64,000 nucleotides of DNA from Ylistrum balloti. Its lineage: Eukaryota. Position numbers and translations under genes: made by a program. Each line of letters begins with the position of its first letter. Within the stretch, counting starts at the first letter, position 1. The stretch lies in the NCBI RefSeq assembly GCF_031769215.1, contig NW_026782064.1, positions 1,426,001 to 1,490,000 on the forward strand. Direction: 5' to 3'. The notes beneath the pieces were generated by a model. The model made no database searches. It was not told the DNA's origin and was given only the letters and a program-made list of their open reading frames with translations. Shown here in pieces: positions 1-14,100 of this stretch.

Positions 1-1521
1 AAACCAGTAATCAACATGATCAATTGATGTGACATCGATTGGTTCCAGCTCCACCATGCATATAAGAGTATGATGGGCAGACAATTAAAATCATTGTGTT
101 ACATCTTGTTAGTAATGACATCTTAACTGATTGAGGGTCACACAAGTGAAATGATATACTTTTTGACATTGCAGTCTATGATACAGGAATAACTGAGTGT
201 ATATAAACATTTAGTAGATAGGATATAGCCTACATGTGATAATTTATCATAGTTTAATGGTAGTGATTATGATAATTGTCTAAACATTAATCTGTACTGG
301 AGTGTAATTAAATCGCAATGTTTTATAACATAATTACATATATATGTGGATCTATTTCTATAGTGTTATATACACAGGAGATGAACTACTTCTCAAGCTT
401 TTCACTGACATACAGGAGAGTACAATGTACATTATATTGTATGATTATAAGGCTGTTACAATTACGATATAGAAAAGAAAATTCACTTGTTAATGTGTCA
501 GAAAGTCTGGTACTGAAAACCAGTCAGTGTGTCACAATTAATACCTTAACCAAAGATCAGTCAGTGGTTTATACCAGACTTGACCATCAGGTGGATGGTC
601 ACTGGTCTCCTTGACTCTTCCTATTGCTATGTATTCTATAGAATCTGCTGAGTCAGCGATCTGACTGGCTGTGTATCATTACTGCCATGAACTTTACCTT
701 ATAACCTTACCTTCATAAGGATATACCTGGTTTGCATGCTTCAATGATTTAAAGATGCTTCAAGTATTATATTTGGATCTGCTGATTGTCAGCTGGCTCT
801 AAGATTTAAGATACATTGTCACCTACATCAGGTGGACCTGCTGGAGGCTCTGTAATATCCAGGCAATGACTTTTAACAGATAGTGTCACTGTTACAGACA
901 GCAGTGTTGTAGGGTCTTTCAACAGCTTTAATATATCTTGTGGCTGTCATAAAAGTGCAAAGTGGTCTGAAGCTAATGGGAATGACTTTCAATTGGACAT
1001 TAATATTTCTTACACACGACCAAAGAAAATAGCTTGAAATCCATTTAAATTATTCCTGAGCTAATTTACAGTATTACAAAAGTCATTACACTATTTATGA
1101 AATTAAATCCCAACACTTCCCACAGAATTATCTCCCTTGTCATCAGTCTATATATGTGTCTTCATGTCCCTAGGAACATGGCATAATATCACAAAATTTC
1201 TATGCAGACCAGATACTAGATAGTGCAGATATAATGATATACAATGTGGTGTATGTTTGTTTAGAATTAACATGTGGTCAAATTATAAACAAGAATGAAA
1301 GAAATGTATATGTACTTATTTGGGATGGGCCTTCTGTTAAGATAAATATGTTTTTGAAGGTTTCTATTATAGCACAAATTATTTTCTCATACCAGCTTAT
1401 ACATACATTAAGAATGCCCTTTGTTTGAATTCAGTTTTTAATAATGATTGCTACATTCCAGTTTTCAATGATGAATTCAGAACTGTAATGATCTGTCATG
1501 TTAAGCCATATTAATATAGAG

Positions 1522-1645
1522 TATAAAGGTAGGGCTACTATTATATAAAGGTAGGGTTACTATCATATAAAGGTAGGGTTACTATCATATAAAGGTAGGG
1601 TTACTATTATATAAAGATAGGGTTACTATCATATAAAGGTCATAT
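1522..1645. repeat. 22-bp tandem repeat, about 5 copies
   Basis: Unit ATAAAGGTAGGGTTACTATCAT; TAAAGGTAGGG recurs at 1524 and 1546. Confidence 0.85.
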
Positions 1646-1666
1646 AAAGAAAGTTATAAGTCATGT

Positions 1667-2483
1667 TACAGGTTAAACAGTAGTGGCCGGTTATGAATAT
1701 TCCATCAGGTGAATCAGTGTGACAGGTTAAACAGTAGTGGCCGGTTATGAATATTCCATCAGGTGAATCAGTGTGACAGGTTAAACAGTAGTGGCCGGTT
1801 ATGAATATTCCATCAGGTGAATCAGTGTGACAGGTTAAACAGTAGTGGCCGGTTATGAATATTCCATCAGGTGAATCAGTGTGACAGGTTAAACAGTAGT
1901 GGCCGGTTATGAATATTCCATCAGGGGAATCAGTGTGACAGGTTAAACAGTAGTGGCCGGTTATGAATATTCCATCAGGTGAATCAGTGTGACAGGTTAA
2001 ACAGTAATGGTCGGTTATGAATATTCCATCAGGTGAATCAGTGTGACAGGTTAAACAGTAATGGTCGGTTATGAATATTCCATCAGGTGAATCAGTGTGA
2101 CAGGTTAAACAGTAGTGGCCGGTTATGAATATTCCATCAGGTGAATCAGTGTGACAGGTTAAACAGTAGTGGCCGGTTATGAATATTCCATCAGGTGAAT
2201 CAGTGTGACAGGTTAAACAGTAGTGGTCGGTTATGAATATTCCATCAGGTGAATCAGTGTGACAGGTTAAACAGTAGTGGCCGGTTATGAATATTCCATC
2301 AGGTGAATCAGTGTGACAGGTTAAACAGTAGTGGTCGGTTATGAATATTCCATCAGGTGAATCAGTGTGACAGGTTAAACAGTAGTGGCCGGTTATGAAT
2401 ATTCCATCAGGTGAATCAGTGTGACAGGTTAAACAGTAATGGTCGGTTATGAATATTCCATCAGGGGAATCAGTGTGACAGGT
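1667..2483. repeat. 54-bp minisatellite, about 15 near-identical copies
   Basis: Unit GACAGGTTAAACAGTAGTGGCCGGTTATGAATATTCCATCAGGTGAATCAGTGT; TAGTGG recurs at 1681 and 1735; no spacers. Confidence 0.95.
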
Positions 2484-2847
2484 TATTTTGGTCTTGATGT
2501 AATATTATAATCAAAACACAAACAGAATTTTTCATTGTAGTTAGAAATATGATATAGACCTGTTAAAAATGGTGACATTAATATATACATACTTCTACAT
2601 TGTACTTCTGTGAAATATCATTAGGTGAATACTGAATACCAGCAGTGTTGTCTTTTTTATCACATCACCTGATCATGAGACAGTCTTGTTTGACATATTA
2701 TCATTACCTTGAGTTCATCAAAAGGATATCATTGTGTGTAACATCTGGGAGAAAATGAGCCTTCATTATAACAAATTGTATGACAAGGGAGAGCTGGAAA
2801 AAAATGATAAAATGTATCGTTTTTAAATCATTTAATTCTTTTTACAG

Positions 2848-2913
2848 GAGAAGTCATATAAAATTCCACAAGTGCATAAAGGGGGAATAAGCACATTTGT
2901 ACCAGAAAGGGAG
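2848..2913 (+). CDS. SESN: Sestrin upstream internal coding exon (distal-promoter isoform), EKSYKIPQVHKGGISTFVPERE
   Basis: Acceptor TTTTTACAG ends 2847, donor GTAAGT at 2914, 66 nt, phase 0/0. Aligns residue for residue with the recalled human SESN1 segment [22 protein letters not shown] and is in frame with exon 18997. Confidence 0.8.
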
Positions 2914-3119
2914 GTAAGTAGAAAAGTTTTAATTGAATCTGTCAGATTTATTGTGAAACTACAGGAAATTGTAAATGTAAGCAGTAAAACTGTTGGGGTT
3001 TTTTTTTCTGTAAAATTAGAATTAGAGAAAATAGCAACCATAAACTTGCTGCAACAAGGAACTGTTTACTTGTAATGTATATAGCAAGTGAAAAAGTGAA
3101 AAAAAACAATTACAAAGTT

Positions 3120-3580
3120 TCCTGTAATATCTGTAGAAGGAAAATGACAACTATTGTCACATGTAAAAAACTGACTCGCTATAATATCTGAAGGAGGAAA
3201 GTGACCGCTTCTGACATAGTAGATATTGACTTGCTGTAGTCTCTATAGAAAGAAAGCAATAACTTCTGACATTGTGTAAAAATTGACTCACAGTAATATC
3301 TGTAGGAGGAAAGTTATAACTACTGACATTGTGTGAAAATTGACTCTGTAATATCTGTAGGAGGAAAGTGATAACTATTGACATAGTGTAAAAATTGACT
3401 TACTGTAATATCTGTAGGAGGAAAGTTATAACTACTGACATTGTGTAAAAATTGACTCACAGTAATATCTGTAGGTGGGAAGTGATAACTATTGACATGG
3501 TGTAAAAATTGACTCACTGTAATATATGTAGGAGGAAAGTAATAACTATTGACATTATGTAACTTTTGACTTGTCCTGTA
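3120..3580. repeat. Diverged 56-57 bp minisatellite, about 8 copies
   Basis: GTAATATCTGTAGGAGGAAAG...ACTGACATTGTGTAAAAATTGACTC recurs at about 3124, 3293, 3348, 3405, 3462 and 3519. Confidence 0.9.
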
Positions 3581-4169
3581 ATAATGAAGAAGGAAAAATT
3601 GCTGGGGAAGTACAAACCAAGCATCTGTTATCATTAACTCAATGTAATATATATATATAGGAGAATGTTTGAAAAGACAGCTGCTCACTTGCTGTGATAT
3701 CTGTAGAACAGCATCTGTTATTAGCTTGCTGTAGAAATCAATCTCTTGTGATTAGTTGTTTATACCTTAAACATTTTTCAGTCAAATTCAGATTTGAAGG
3801 TTGGTTGATGGTTGGTTTGTTGGTTGACAGGTTTTCTGTCTCTGTAACTCTGAACATGAGTGTTCTGGCAATGTGAGGGAGTGACCTGCATCCCCCTCAG
3901 GGGGTTGGAACCATCTGTAGCAGTGAATGTTTGATTATGCTAGATCCAGGATCAAATAATGCCTTATCCTAACTCTTGCAGTCTGAAATATGTCTAGAAG
4001 TGGAAAGGAAAAAATTTGGGCCTACATAAATTTGGTTCACTTTAAGGTTAATTTGAAGTCTGTCAAATGCCTTCAAAACAATTGTATAGTCAAACATTAT
4101 CCCTAAACACCTGGACCGGCATTATCATGCTTGCTCTTTTTCAAAAAGGCACTGAAGGATCTTAAGTAT

Positions 4170-5542
4170 GTGAGAGTGACACAGTATTCACACTGGCCAC
4201 CTTTAGTGTGCGAGAGTGACACAGTCCTCACTCGGGCCACCTTTAGTGTGCGAGAGTGACACAGTCCTCACACGGGCTACCTTTAGTGTGCGAGAGTGAC
4301 ACAGTCCTCACACGGGCTACCTTTAGTGTGCGAGAGTGACACAGTCCTCACACGGGCTACATTTAGTGTGCGAGAGTGACACAGTCCTCACACGGGCTAC
4401 CTTTAGTGTGTGAGAGTGACACAGTCCTCACACGGGCTACCTTTAGTGTGTGAGAGTGACACAGTCCTCACACGGGCTACATTTAGTGTGCGAGAGTGAC
4501 ACAGTCCTCACACGGGCCACCTTTAGTGTGCGAGAGTGACACAGTCCTCACACGGGCCACCTTTAGTGTGTGAGAGTGACACAGTCCTTACACGGGCCAC
4601 CTTTAGTGTGTGAGAGTGACACAGTCCTTACACCAGCCACCTTTAGTGTGCGAGAGTGACACAGTCCTCACACGGGCCACCTTTAGTGTGTGAGAGTGAC
4701 ACAGTATTCACACGGGCTACCTTTAGTGTGTGAGAGTGACACAGTCCTTACACGGGCCACCTTTAGTGTGCGAGAGTGACACAGTCCTCACACGGGCCAC
4801 CTTTAGTGTGCGAGAGTAACACAGTCCTCACACCGGCCATATTTAGTGTGCAAGAGTGACACAGTCCTCACACCGGCCACCTTTATTGTGTGAGAGTGAC
4901 ACAGTCCTTACACCGGCCACCTTTAGTGTGTGAGAGTGACACAGTCCTCACACGGGCCACCTTTAGTGTGCGAGAGTGACACAGTCCTCACACGGGCCAC
5001 CTTTAGTGTGCGAGAGTGACACAGTCCTCACACGGGCCACCTTTAGTGTGCGAGAGTGACACAGTCCTCACACGGGCCACCTTTAGTGTGCGAGAGTAAC
5101 ACAGTCCTCACACCGGCCATATTTAGTGTGCAAGAGTGACACAGTCCTCACACCGGCCACCTTTAATGTGTGAGAGTGACACAGTCCTCACACGGGCCAC
5201 CTTTAGTGTGTGACACAGTACACGGGCCACCTGACACATCCGCCACCAGACTATGGTCAATGATTAGTCATTAAATTGGTGCAGGTGTTATTATAACCAC
5301 CTTTTAGTGTGCGAGAGTGACACAGTCCTCACACAGGCCACCTTTAGTGTGCGAGAGTAACACAGTCCTCACACCGGCCATATTTAGTGTGCGAGAGTGA
5401 CACAGTCCTCACAAGGGCCACCTTTAATGTGCGAGAGTAACACAGTCCTCACACCGGCCATATTTAGTGTGCAAGAGTGACACAGTCCTCACACCGGCCA
5501 CCTTTAATGTGCGAGAGTAACACAGTCCTCACATGGGCCACC
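4170..5542. repeat. 40-bp minisatellite, about 30 copies with one interruption
   Basis: Unit CTTTAGTGTGCGAGAGTGACACAGTCCTCACACGGGCCAC; interrupted at about 5231-5300 by non-repeat sequence. Confidence 0.95.
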
Positions 5543-6947
5543 ATGTAAAGTCCTATCCGCCAGACTATGGTCAATGATTAGTCATTAAATTGGTGCAGGT
5601 GTTATTATAACCACACTTGTTCTTTTTTTTATTTTGGTTGTCTCATCTGGCATCCTTTCCAATCATACTGAGTTACTTGATCAATTTACAAATGTCTGTT
5701 TCTTTCTGATAATCCACCCGCCTGCAGACAGCTTTCAATATTTAAAAGAACTTACTTTTTACCATCTTTCATGATTATGTTAGATCTTTGGTCATTAATT
5801 GCCCTGTAACTACCTATATGGTGCCGTGGAGTGACAGTCGTAGGTGATCACACCACACTGGTGTGGTGACATGTCACACATGAACCACATGCCATCTGCA
5901 GGTTTTGACATATTTCACCGATGACCAAAGCTGACCAATCACTGGGCTTTGTTTGTCCAGATAACCATATGGTTGACAGGATGATGTATAGACATCTCAG
6001 GAGCTGGAAAGTGGTGACAGAGACATGTCTAATTTACATACAGTTATAGCAGGTGTTGGGTAAGGGTATATAGGTAACATGACACAATAATTCAATTAAC
6101 AGGTACATCTATATGTAAATATTAGATTAGAAAGGACACCTTGTATGAATATATTGAAAATGACTAGAAGAGAATACGTAAAACTCTTTGAAATCATATC
6201 CACAGACAGTTGCATTGTTATTGGGGGTGTGGTTTGTGTTATGCATAGCAACAAAATTTAAATATTTTGAAACAGGAATTATAAATCATCCAATCTTCTC
6301 AGTTTTCATAACTATTGAGCATATTTGGAACGCCTCATTGTTTTCAGATAACTTCATGTGCATGTAAACAGGATGTTAGAACACAGGTTTTCATTGCCAT
6401 GTTCATTTTGAAAGGTTTTAAGTTTAATAGGATTTCATTATCCCTTTCATTAATTTTATTTAGGTATTAAGGATATGTCAGCTAGCTTAAGCATACATGT
6501 ATTATTTGTCACATAATGTTTAGCGAAAATTCCTGTTAATATTTTACAGATACTTGCTAACATGTAATGTGCTACATGCATAGTATTAGGAGATACCTGT
6601 TTCCATACGTGTATAATGTTGCTTGCACCTACCCAAGAAATGAGACACAGCAAAAACTATAAAGAATCCACTAGTCACAATATACCATTCTGCCAATCTG
6701 TCACTCCCTGTTTTTAGGCACCCCAGGGTTATTTGTCAGACATACAACTACAAACTGACAACCTGGGTCAAGGTCATGTCAATAGAACTGATAGGATCTA
6801 CACATAATGCAGACAAACCAAAGAAATTCCTGAAAAATCAAGAATGCTTAAAATCTTTCATAAATCTCTCATTGCTATCAATAATCAATTGTCAGGGTCA
6901 AACTAGGGTCATTTAATTTTTAGTGGTTTTTAGGGTTTTCTAATGAT

Positions 6948-7570
6948 TGCATAAAAGTAGATAAAGTTAATATAAGACAATAGATCTTTATAAAAGTAAA
7001 TAAAGTTAATATTAGACAACAGATCTTTATAAAAGTAAATAAAGTTAATATAAGACAATAGATCTTTATAAAAGTAAATAAAGTTAATATAAGACAATAG
7101 ATCTTTATAAAAGTAAATAAAGTTAATATTAGACAATAGATCTTTATAAAAGTAAATAAAGTTAATATAAGACAATAGATCTTTTTAAAAGTAGATAAAG
7201 TTAATATTAGACAATAGATCTTTATAAAAGTAGATAAAGTTAATATAAGACAATAGATCTTTATAAAAGTAAATAAAGTTAATATTAGACAATAGATCTT
7301 TATAAAAGTAAATAAAGTTAATATAAGACAATAGATCTTTATAAAAGTAAATAAAGTTAATATTAGACAATAGATCTTTATAAAAGTAGATAAAGTTAAT
7401 ATAAGACAATAGATCTTTATAAAAGTAGATAAAGTTAATATAAGACAATAGATCTTTATAAAAGTAAATAAAGCTAATATTAGACAATAGATCTTTATAA
7501 AAGTAAATAAAGCTAATATTAGACATTAGATCTTTATAAAAGTAGATAAAGTTAATGTAAGACAATAGGT
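6948..7570. repeat. 39-bp AT-rich minisatellite, about 16 copies
   Basis: Unit AAAGTAAATAAAGTTAATATAAGACAATAGATCTTTATA; explains the 13-aa-repeat minus-strand ORFs 6930-7175 and 7185-7565. Confidence 0.95.
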
Positions 7571-10414
7571 CTTATTTAATAAAACAATAGGTACCTAATG
7601 TGATGGAAACCATTTTTTATATCACTTCAAATTTTTGTGTTGAAATGGTCTGTGAGAGCCATACTACATTATTATCACATGTAAACCACAAATGGTAGAC
7701 TTATGTCACAAGTATCTCTTTATGCAGAGATCATTAATCATGATTTTATTAAGGAATGCAAAATTTGATAGTAAAACTTGTAGATCTTATGGCATTTGTT
7801 TGAGACCTTAAGACACAAATTATACATCAGTCATGATATAGCCATGGACTTTGAATATTTTAAGTCCTTGATATATCACAGTCAAAGCCATAGAAGGATT
7901 TTAGCATATAGTTTTTGTGACAGTAAAAAAGCATGCAAAACACCATTTAAACCATGTGACAATGATGTAGCACAGCTCTTAAAACAGATATAAACAGATA
8001 TAATCATGGGATTCAAAAGGTGATATATACAACAGTATTTTCTAATTATTAACACATTCTTAATACATTACAGCAAGGCCAATAAGTACCCATGTGTGTG
8101 TACATCTCTAGATTAAAGTCTACTTATACGGAATTTGAAGAACATGAAGAACTTATATGGCATGTTTGAGAAGGGAGGGAGACATATTGTTTATTACTGG
8201 TTCTTCTTTTGTGCCAGGCTTACCCTCCTGTTGATACTCAGTATTGTACCTCAGGTAACTGCCAAGACCACTAGACTTTACTTGTAATTTCGTGCCTTAC
8301 AGTTTTAACTGTAGTACCTGTCTTGAGTATACAGCGTTAATATCTTTAGGTAGATAATCTCCCCACAGGTCACTTGTACCAGGTCACTCATTCAACTTAG
8401 TCTGGTCTAATTACATATAAAGAAGAACTTGTATGGAAGGGCTGAACTATTATGACTGTTGTTTAAAATGTTCTTTGCATACAATTGACCCATTGTTTGT
8501 CCGGTTTATTTGGGGTTAGAATCCACAATGGAGTACAATCTTCATTCCAGAACTATTGACACACTGACACAATATATATATCCCAGTATGTATAATTAGT
8601 TGGTCTTTGATTATGTACGAGTTGGAGACTTTCAGGTCTAGAGTGTACCATACAAGGAATGCTTACACATTGATTACACAGTCAAAATAACAGTACTAAG
8701 TAAAGATTGGTCTCCAGTGCTGGCCATTACTTAACAGATTCTATGGCGTGTAAGATCTGTACATAGGGTTTTCAATAGCTTATCTCACTAATCTGATCAA
8801 AACTTATATAAAATTATAAACAAGGTTCTTAGGAATTGAACTCTGACTTGAGTTTTCTGCATAGTTTGGTCTTGTAGATAGTGTGTTTTTCTATATCTAG
8901 TTAAAATGAAGACTATTTTGATAGTCCCAAATGACTTGAACTCTTAACATTTATCTCTTAATCCTTTATGTAACATGCTTGGTTACCCTGTATAGATATT
9001 CGAAGTTCAAGACAGTACAGTGAGAGTTTTAATATCACTTTCTTTAAGCATTTTCTTTGGTTAAAAATATACACAGCTCTTGGTATTAACTTTATTATAG
9101 AGATGTTAGAAATTAAAGACAGCACAGTGAGAGTTTTATTATCATGCTCTGTAACCAAGCTCTACTCACCAATATGGTTGATATTTAAATAACAGAATGT
9201 TTTATTTGATAAAATCAATGTTTTCAAAGCCACCTGTTATTATCAGTATATGGAATTAGAAATTACATGTATTTAGGTTGAACACTGTTCCAAGAGATAA
9301 TTACTTTAAGAGAGATCTTTGCTTCTTATACAAAATCTGAACTGATTAATGTTTTCCCTGGGCAACATGACAGTTCACTTTGTTAACTAAATAGCTTCTC
9401 CATTAAAATTGCAGAAATTCGTACATTTTTAATTGTAGCTGTTTTACTTATGACGACTTCATGAACATTAGATATTTTTATTATATTTCCAATTCTCCTA
9501 AAAGCTTAAATGTGTTTTCCATCAATTTAGATACATTTGACACTTTGATATTATTATATAACACAGCTATATGTCTTAAGTCTTGTCACAGGAAACACCA
9601 GACCATGATTACACTACCTCTTGGCAACTGATTTCATTTTTGACAGAATTGTGGATCACTGGGTGTATTTGATTAGTTGTACTTGTGCCTGATAGTTGGA
9701 AACAGGGTATGATTAGTTCACATGACATTCAACCTGCTTGAGACTGATAGTGATGAATCAGCCAGTTTTCGTTGACTGGCCATAACTGCATGGATTGGGA
9801 TTTGGTCTGGTCGCTCACTATTTCTCATCGATGAAATATGAGGGGCCTTTTGTGGAATTTTCTTGTAAATCGTCCAGATTTAACAACTGCATCTTAAGAA
9901 TAAATGAAAATGCTGCAGCTGCTACCTGTCCATGATTTTTTGGGTTGAAATTTTGGGTCATAAAAGAAGGTCTTTGGTAATTACATGGCAGAGACTTGCT
10001 CAAATAGAGTCTGCCATGTACCGTACCTTACACAAACTTAGATTCAAAAATATAGCCTGCAAGTAGTAACTTTAAAATTGGAGACGATAAGTTCTAGACT
10101 GAAGCTTACTGTCATGCTCTAATACCTACAAAAATAAGCATTAAATTCTGGTCACATTCAGAGCAGAACAGAACACCACATTAGAATTAATGGACAGTTA
10201 AACATATAGATTATGACACTGAAACTGTTGGTGTATTGCAGACATCAGTACTTCAAGACATGGACTAGTTGTGCATTGATGAATTGAGAACTAGTTCACA
10301 CTTTAAGTAAATATAACAACAACTTAACACATGCAGACCTGCAACAATCACATGAAACCTCTGAGTGACTAAATTAATAGCTGCTAGTTGGTTTTACGTT
10401 GCCTAATAAGATAT

Positions 10415-11142
10415 AACGTAATATTACCACCAGTGCCTAATAACAGATATACCATAATATTACCACCAGTGCCTAATAACAGATATACCATAATATTACC
10501 ACAGGTGCCTAATAACAGATATACCATAATATTACCACAAGTTCCTAATAACAGATATACCATAATATTACCACATGTGCCTAATTACAGATATACCATA
10601 ATATTACCACCAGTGCCTAATAACAGATATACCATAATATTACCACCAGTGCCTAATAACAGATATACCATAATATTACCACATGTGCCTAATTACAGAT
10701 ATACCATAATATTACCACCAGTGCCTAATAACAGATATACCATAATATTACCACAGGTGCCTAATAACAGATATACCATAATATTACCACAAGTTCCTAA
10801 TAACAGATATACCATAATATTACCACATGTGCCTAATTACAGATATACCATAATATTACCACCAGTGCCTAATAACAGATATACCATAATATTACCACCA
10901 GTGCCTAATAACAGATATACCATAATATTACCACCAGTGCCTAATAACAGATATACCATAATATTACCACCAGTGCCTAATAACAGATATACCATAATAT
11001 TACCACCAGTGCCTAATAACAGATATACCATAATATTACCACAGGTGCCTAATTACAGATATACCATAATATTACCACCAGTGCCTAATAACAGATATAC
11101 CATAATATTACCACAGGTGCCTAATAACAGATATACCATAAT
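10415..11142. repeat. 36-bp minisatellite, about 20 copies
   Basis: Unit CCATAATATTACCACCAGTGCCTAATAACAGATATA; explains the 266-aa YTIILPPVPNNR ORF. Confidence 0.95.
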
Positions 11143-14100
11143 AACTGATATTGGTCAACTCTCTGGTAAGCAAATTGTGAAGGACTGATTTGACAAGTTT
11201 GAATTGCAATGGTCTGAAGGTACATTTGTTTCGAAGTGGTCATTTAAGGTGAACTATTTCCTCTCAGGCAAGAGTTTACATCACTTTTTGTGTAATAAGA
11301 ATTTCTGACAGTCATCAGTGTGTACCTGCCCCTAGCATCCTGTGTAAGAGAGTACATTTATCAGGTGTACAGGTGTATAGCTTTACCTGGCAGCACTAGT
11401 CGAACTCTTAGTCCTTCTGGACAGTGGTCAAGATATAATCACACTGCCAAAGGTGTGCATGATAACATTGGCCTGTCTCAAATGATAAAAGTCAAGAAAG
11501 TGTTCTATATCTGATAAGGTCAGGGTGTATGATTTAACAACTTACAAGCCCTTTCACACCTACAGTTAAGGGTGTAAGATCAGAATAATTCACCTTTCTT
11601 TTGTTAGAGAAAGCAGGCTGGTTATTTGGTGGAAAGCCCTGGATGAGATAGTGATATTGATAATATAGTATAGTTCAGCAGCCTTAATATTGTATTGACT
11701 GTTTCCTGGTGATCTGCTAGTTTGGGGAGGGGTCAATAAAGATATATAAATACTTTTCCTGATGAATGTTGAAAATTGAAAATCAAGATTTCATGATGCC
11801 TTCATGCATAACATTAAGTTGATCATAAGTTTCAAATTATCACCCCACCAGTTACTGAAAACTGAAAATTAACTTTTATGTACTTCTACTTCATATTCCA
11901 GAATTGGAATATAAGTACTAGAAGTAGAACAGTGAGAAGTGTTGAAAGGAGTGGGATAAGGTCTTTCTTTTATCATGTTGTAATGTATATCATTGGCAGA
12001 CTTGATTTATCTTTGTCTAAATTTTGAGTTCATTTGCCCTCATCTTAATTACCTGACAGTTGTTCAGATAGCCAAGTTGGACGTCACTTATAATCTGCAT
12101 ACACAGACAGGATGTCAATTATTAATACCCATTGATTTACCTAACAGTATAATGCCCAGAAAATGATACTTTGTCTTAGGCTATTAAAGAGGGTGGAGAA
12201 AGGTATGATATTGGTTCTAAGTCAGGGTGTTAGCATGAACGTTTCTAGATTAAATTTTCCAGTACATATGTCACTCAGTTCATTGTCCATTAATTAATTC
12301 CCAGACAACAATGAACATGGCCATACTGTGGTGAGTTAGCAGAGATTTAAGGAAACATGGTAGATTATTATCAGGCCTGATCAAAAACTAATCAATATTA
12401 TTTATATAACTAGTTTTATTGTATCATGAGATATACTACCCTTTATTTGAGGTAAGATATCACTGGTAGCAAATTTGATGACAGGATCATAAAATATGCC
12501 ATTTGGTCAAAGACAATAGTGATATGTGCTGTTAAGTAACATATAGGATAACCAATGATTATGGAACTTGTTTTATTAATAAATAACCTAATCCAATGCT
12601 GTTTGGATTGATATTCTTCCCTTGTTTTAATTAAGTTACTTTGGAGTTCAAATCTGTATCTGGCCCTATTTGAATTTTCATATAAATGCAAATTTAGATA
12701 AGGAGAATTTGAAGGTCAAGGTGAAATTATATGAAGGAGTAAGACATGTATCTGAAAGAGAATATGATGTGAAGGGAAATATATACCTACAATTGTCACA
12801 AATGCAAGTCCGGTGATTACCATACAAATACTCTTTCACTGCTGTGGTCATTCACATTCACTCTAGGTCACTTATATGACCAGTTAGATGACCATTCAGG
12901 CCTTTGATGTGGCCTGAAGAATAGAGATTGACATGACTTTATGATCCTATTCTCCTGGTTACCATGATGTATTGTGGCAGATCTGATGTAAATCAGAGTC
13001 CTCAGAGTGTTTGACAAGATAATCATGGTCTTTGCATGCTTTTGCAGGTCGCCAGCACGTGTGATGTGGATGTATATGATGTTTAGGTGTGGGTGGTGTA
13101 ACACACATGTAGTGGTATATTTATGGCTCATTCATTATAAGATAACGGTAAAATGAGAAAAAGAAAAGAAAAAAAAGTGTTGTTGTGAGATGTCATAGTT
13201 CAGTAGTTCATGTTCATTTTGTGTTCTTCACTGGGGAAAAAATACTCCCCTTATCCTATGTATGGTCTTGGTCTTATCAAAGCATTAATTACCTTGATGT
13301 GACCTGTGGGTGTTAATGTGAAAACAGACCATTACCATTGTTTGTCCTTATTTTGCTGGCAAGAAAATGATCACCAGATAATGTAATGTAACACCTCTAC
13401 ATCAAACTCTGTACGTTCATGATCTCCACTGATTCAACAAAAAATTGTATCATTCACGAATGTTCACTAAGCTTCTGCACTATATCTAAATGAAGTCATG
13501 AAAGAAAAAGTATCGATAAAAATCTTCAAAAACCTCTCAAATTTAAGTACCATAAAAAGTTTAAAAGCCAGTGCTATATATAATTACTCTCATTATATAC
13601 AACTTTATAGTCAGAAATACATTGTTTTTAAGCCACTACTATTTGATGGTGAGGGGAATGAAGTGTTTCCCTGGGCTGTCATTCGGTCATAATTTTGTTC
13701 CCACTGATATATACACTTTACCAGACCTAGATACAGATCTCCTGATTGGATAGACAGTTGTATAATACACAGGTAAAAATATACATGTCAAGTCTGATTT
13801 GGCAATTCCCTTTTTCCAGAGTTACAGCCATTAAACTTTGAGAATTTGAATTGAAATTTTCACAAAACATCAAGACCAATAATGGAGAACCTTGTCTAGC
13901 TTCAGAGGGAATTTAAAAGGCAAAGAATTGAAGACAATTTTAGCGGGACTTCAGTTTTATTTCTTGAGTCCTGAGTAGACAAAAACAAGTAGAAAAAAAA
14001 TTTAAAGTTCAGAATATTGTCTCTCTGTTTGAAAGAATAAATATAATTAATTAATGTACAAGATGGAATATTGTGAGAGCTGTATTTGTGTGGAACTACT

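Noticed and set aside
1667-2483. CRISPR-like appearance of the regular arrays (also 4170-5542)
   Set aside because: Units are head-to-tail with no unique spacers, there are no cas genes, and the context is a eukaryotic intron.
10388-11188. 266-aa Pro-rich ORF
   Set aside because: It is the translation of a 36-bp minisatellite inside the sestrin intron, with a TTG start and no splice or homology support.
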